Below are positions 63,012 through 64,000 of a stretch of 64,000 bases of DNA, piece by piece. Position 1 is the first letter of the stretch. Each line of letters opens with the position of its first letter. Origin of the DNA: Gammaproteobacteria bacterium (GTDB lineage Bacteria; Pseudomonadota; Gammaproteobacteria; Steroidobacterales; Foliamicaceae); contig JAPOTY010000037.1 of the NCBI GenBank assembly GCA_026708965.1, forward strand, positions 89,949 to 153,948, in the 5' to 3' direction. The translations under genes and the position numbers were made by a program. The notes under the pieces are model-generated. The model worked only from the letters and a program-made list of their open reading frames with translations. It was not told the origin of the DNA and made no database searches.

Positions 63012-63163
63012 CAGATCACCGCGAGGATCGCGAGCCAAAGGAGCGCCGAGAAACCGATCGCGCCCGCGACCAGAAAGCTCGCGCTCACCTCGGTGAGGCA
63101 AGAAGCTCTAGCCTGCGGCCCGCATGCCTCGGCAACTTCCCGCTGCCTGCGCCGCCGCTTCAT
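63011..63163 (-). CDS. Possible 50-aa leader membrane peptide (MKRRRRQREVAEACGPQARASCLTEVSASFLVAGAIGFSALLWLAILAVI)
   Basis: GAGGG lies upstream of the ATG at 63163. The stop overlaps the znuC-like ATG (ATGA). It fills most of the otherwise long gap between the Zur box and znuC. It could still be a GC-driven chance ORF. Confidence 0.4.
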   Translation of the reverse strand: MKRRRRQREVAEACGPQARASCLTEVSASFLVAGAIGFSALLWLAILAVI

Positions 63164-63297
63164 CGTTCGCCCTCGAATGGCGGCACACGCCCCCGTATGC
63201 TTGCGCGAAGGCGCTTCGGACGCACGGGAGGCGCCACGGGAGGTCGGTGATCTTGTCTTGATTCCCAAAGTGTTGGATGCGTCTGGCAAAAACCAAG

Positions 63298-63314
63298 ACG
63301 TTATAATATAACGT
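63298..63314. promoter_or_regulatory. Zur box: perfect 8-1-8 palindrome ACGTTATAATATAACGT
   Basis: Matches the core of the gammaproteobacterial Zur consensus (GAAATGTTATAnTATAACATTTC, from memory). Contains TATAAT. Lies upstream of the minus-strand zinc-uptake/COG0523 operon. Confidence 0.75.
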
Positions 63315-63367
63315 TTAAGCCGCAAATCGCGATAGGCCAACGCCATAAAGCGCTTGGCCCTGCGCCG

Positions 63368-63419
63368 CCGCAGGTTATGTCGGCGCTCTCAGGGCTCCAA
63401 TAGGCTTTCCAGATCAAGC
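63368..63419 (+). repeat. 52-bp direct repeat, right copy (partner 57581..57632)
   Basis: See the left copy. On the minus strand both copies read ...DLESLLE(A/P)-stop, followed by about 23 conserved non-coding nucleotides. Confidence 0.7.
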
Positions 63420-63422
63420 CAT

Positions 63423-63668
63423 TCAGGAGGCTGCCAGTTCCGCTGCTTCTTTTGTCCACGCCCAAGAGACGGGCGATTCGCTCCTGCTAACGGGGATGCT
63501 GAACAACTCAAGATAACGAGCGACGAATTCTTCGCCGATGTCTCCGCGGTTGGTGTTGGCTACTTGGCGAAAGGGCTCCAACGGGGATCCGGTCCATTGT
63601 GATTGCGGCGTATGTTCCCTGATTACCCGAAGCATTAGGTTGACGGGGTTCACGGCGGCGGAGCCCAT
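63423..63668 (-). pseudogene. Short ORF (81 aa), probably the N-terminal remnant of an unidentified accessory gene
   Basis: ...WTGSPLEPFRQVANTNRGDIGEEFVARYLE... looks like the start of a larger protein. The ORF ends just before the 52-bp repeat, whose conserved tail is in another frame. Confidence 0.3.
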
Positions 63669-63766
63669 ATTGAGCCGGTTTTGCGCCGGGAATTGATCTT
63701 TGGCAGCGGGCCGAGGCGGGTGTGCGGGTTGCGGAGGATTGCGGCTCAGCTATGCAGCGCAAGGAA

Positions 63767-64000
63767 TCAGGCGCGGGCGGGGGCCGGGTTGCGGGCGGGC
63801 AGGCGCAGGTCGCGCACTAGGCGGAGCTGCTTCATCATCAGCAGGCCCAGCCAAGTGATATCGAGCTGCCACCAGCGCAGGCCGTGGCGCGCCGAATAGG
63901 CCCAGCGGTGGTGGTTATTGTGCCAGCCTTCGCCAAGGGTCAGCAGGGCCACCAGGACATTGTTGCGGCTGCTGTCGCCGGCGGGGTTGGGGCGCGTGCC
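63767..64000 (-). CDS. Acyl-CoA/acyl-lipid (delta-9-type) fatty-acid desaturase, C-terminal part; the 5' end lies beyond the window
   Basis: [12 protein letters not shown]...[10 protein letters not shown] is the third His box and tail of membrane desaturases. The frame stays open to the window edge. Confidence 0.85.
   Translation of the reverse strand, partial: GTRPNPAGDSSRNNVLVALLTLGEGWHNNHHRWAYSARHGLRWWQLDITWLGLLMMKQLRLVRDLRLPARNPAPARA

Noticed and set aside
62253-63101. Longer znuC-like start at 63101 (MPHRGERELSGRG...)
   Set aside because: The extension is Arg/Gly-rich without ABC homology. ABC ATPases normally begin a few residues before the first beta-strand (MPAILQIRNL), and the ATGA coupling at 63011 supports the shorter form.

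Overview
GC-rich (about two-thirds G+C by eye) proteobacterial chromosome segment, probably from a marine alginate-degrading gammaproteobacterium. That guess rests on the uvrC-pgsA / tRNA-Gly-Cys-Leu backbone, the ccmABCDEFGHI operon and a PL6/PL17/TonB-receptor locus. All calls come from reading the sequence and the ORF track; no searches were run, and domain boundaries are approximate.

Content, left to right:
- AT-rich mini-island carrying an AlbA_2/HATPase_c_4 gene flanked by a repeated 14-mer.
- Two head-to-head copies of an unrecognised module (small helical protein + atypical SAM-methyltransferase), each followed by exported hydrolases: a Tat alpha/beta esterase on one side, and two tandem S41 peptidase lipoproteins on the other (the second looks catalytically dead).
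- FAD oxidoreductase, stomatin and NfeD operon.
- Class II DAHP synthase, uvrC, pgsA and an amidohydrolase lipoprotein.
- Alginate/uronate utilisation cluster: Sel1-like protein, PL6, PL17, SDR, KduI, LacI regulator, hydratase, TonB-dependent receptor and a beta-helix protein.
- tRNA-Gly and tRNA-Cys.
- CDGSH-bicupin, aminotransferase and NSS transporter.
- tRNA-Leu(UAA) interrupted by a 229-nt group I intron.
- A protein of about 1950 aa combining an S8 protease, PPC repeats, a beta-propeller and a cadherin-like domain.
- A third copy of the methyltransferase/small-protein module, with a Tat dienelactone hydrolase.
- Cytochrome c, an MDR dehydrogenase and the full ccm operon.
- A decayed accessory patch: IS1595 remnant, inverted-repeat element, PD-(D/E)XK-like gene and Fic remnant.
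- A Zur-box-controlled operon: leader ORF, znuCBA-like genes, COG0523 GTPase and a cytoplasmic WD40 protein, bracketed by 52-bp direct repeats.
- The 3' end of a fatty-acid desaturase gene, cut by the window edge.

No rRNA, CRISPR array, integrase or prophage was seen.

The best candidates for new biology are the thrice-repeated methyltransferase/small-protein/exported-hydrolase module, the intron-containing tRNA-Leu, and the WD40 gene inside a zinc-starvation operon.
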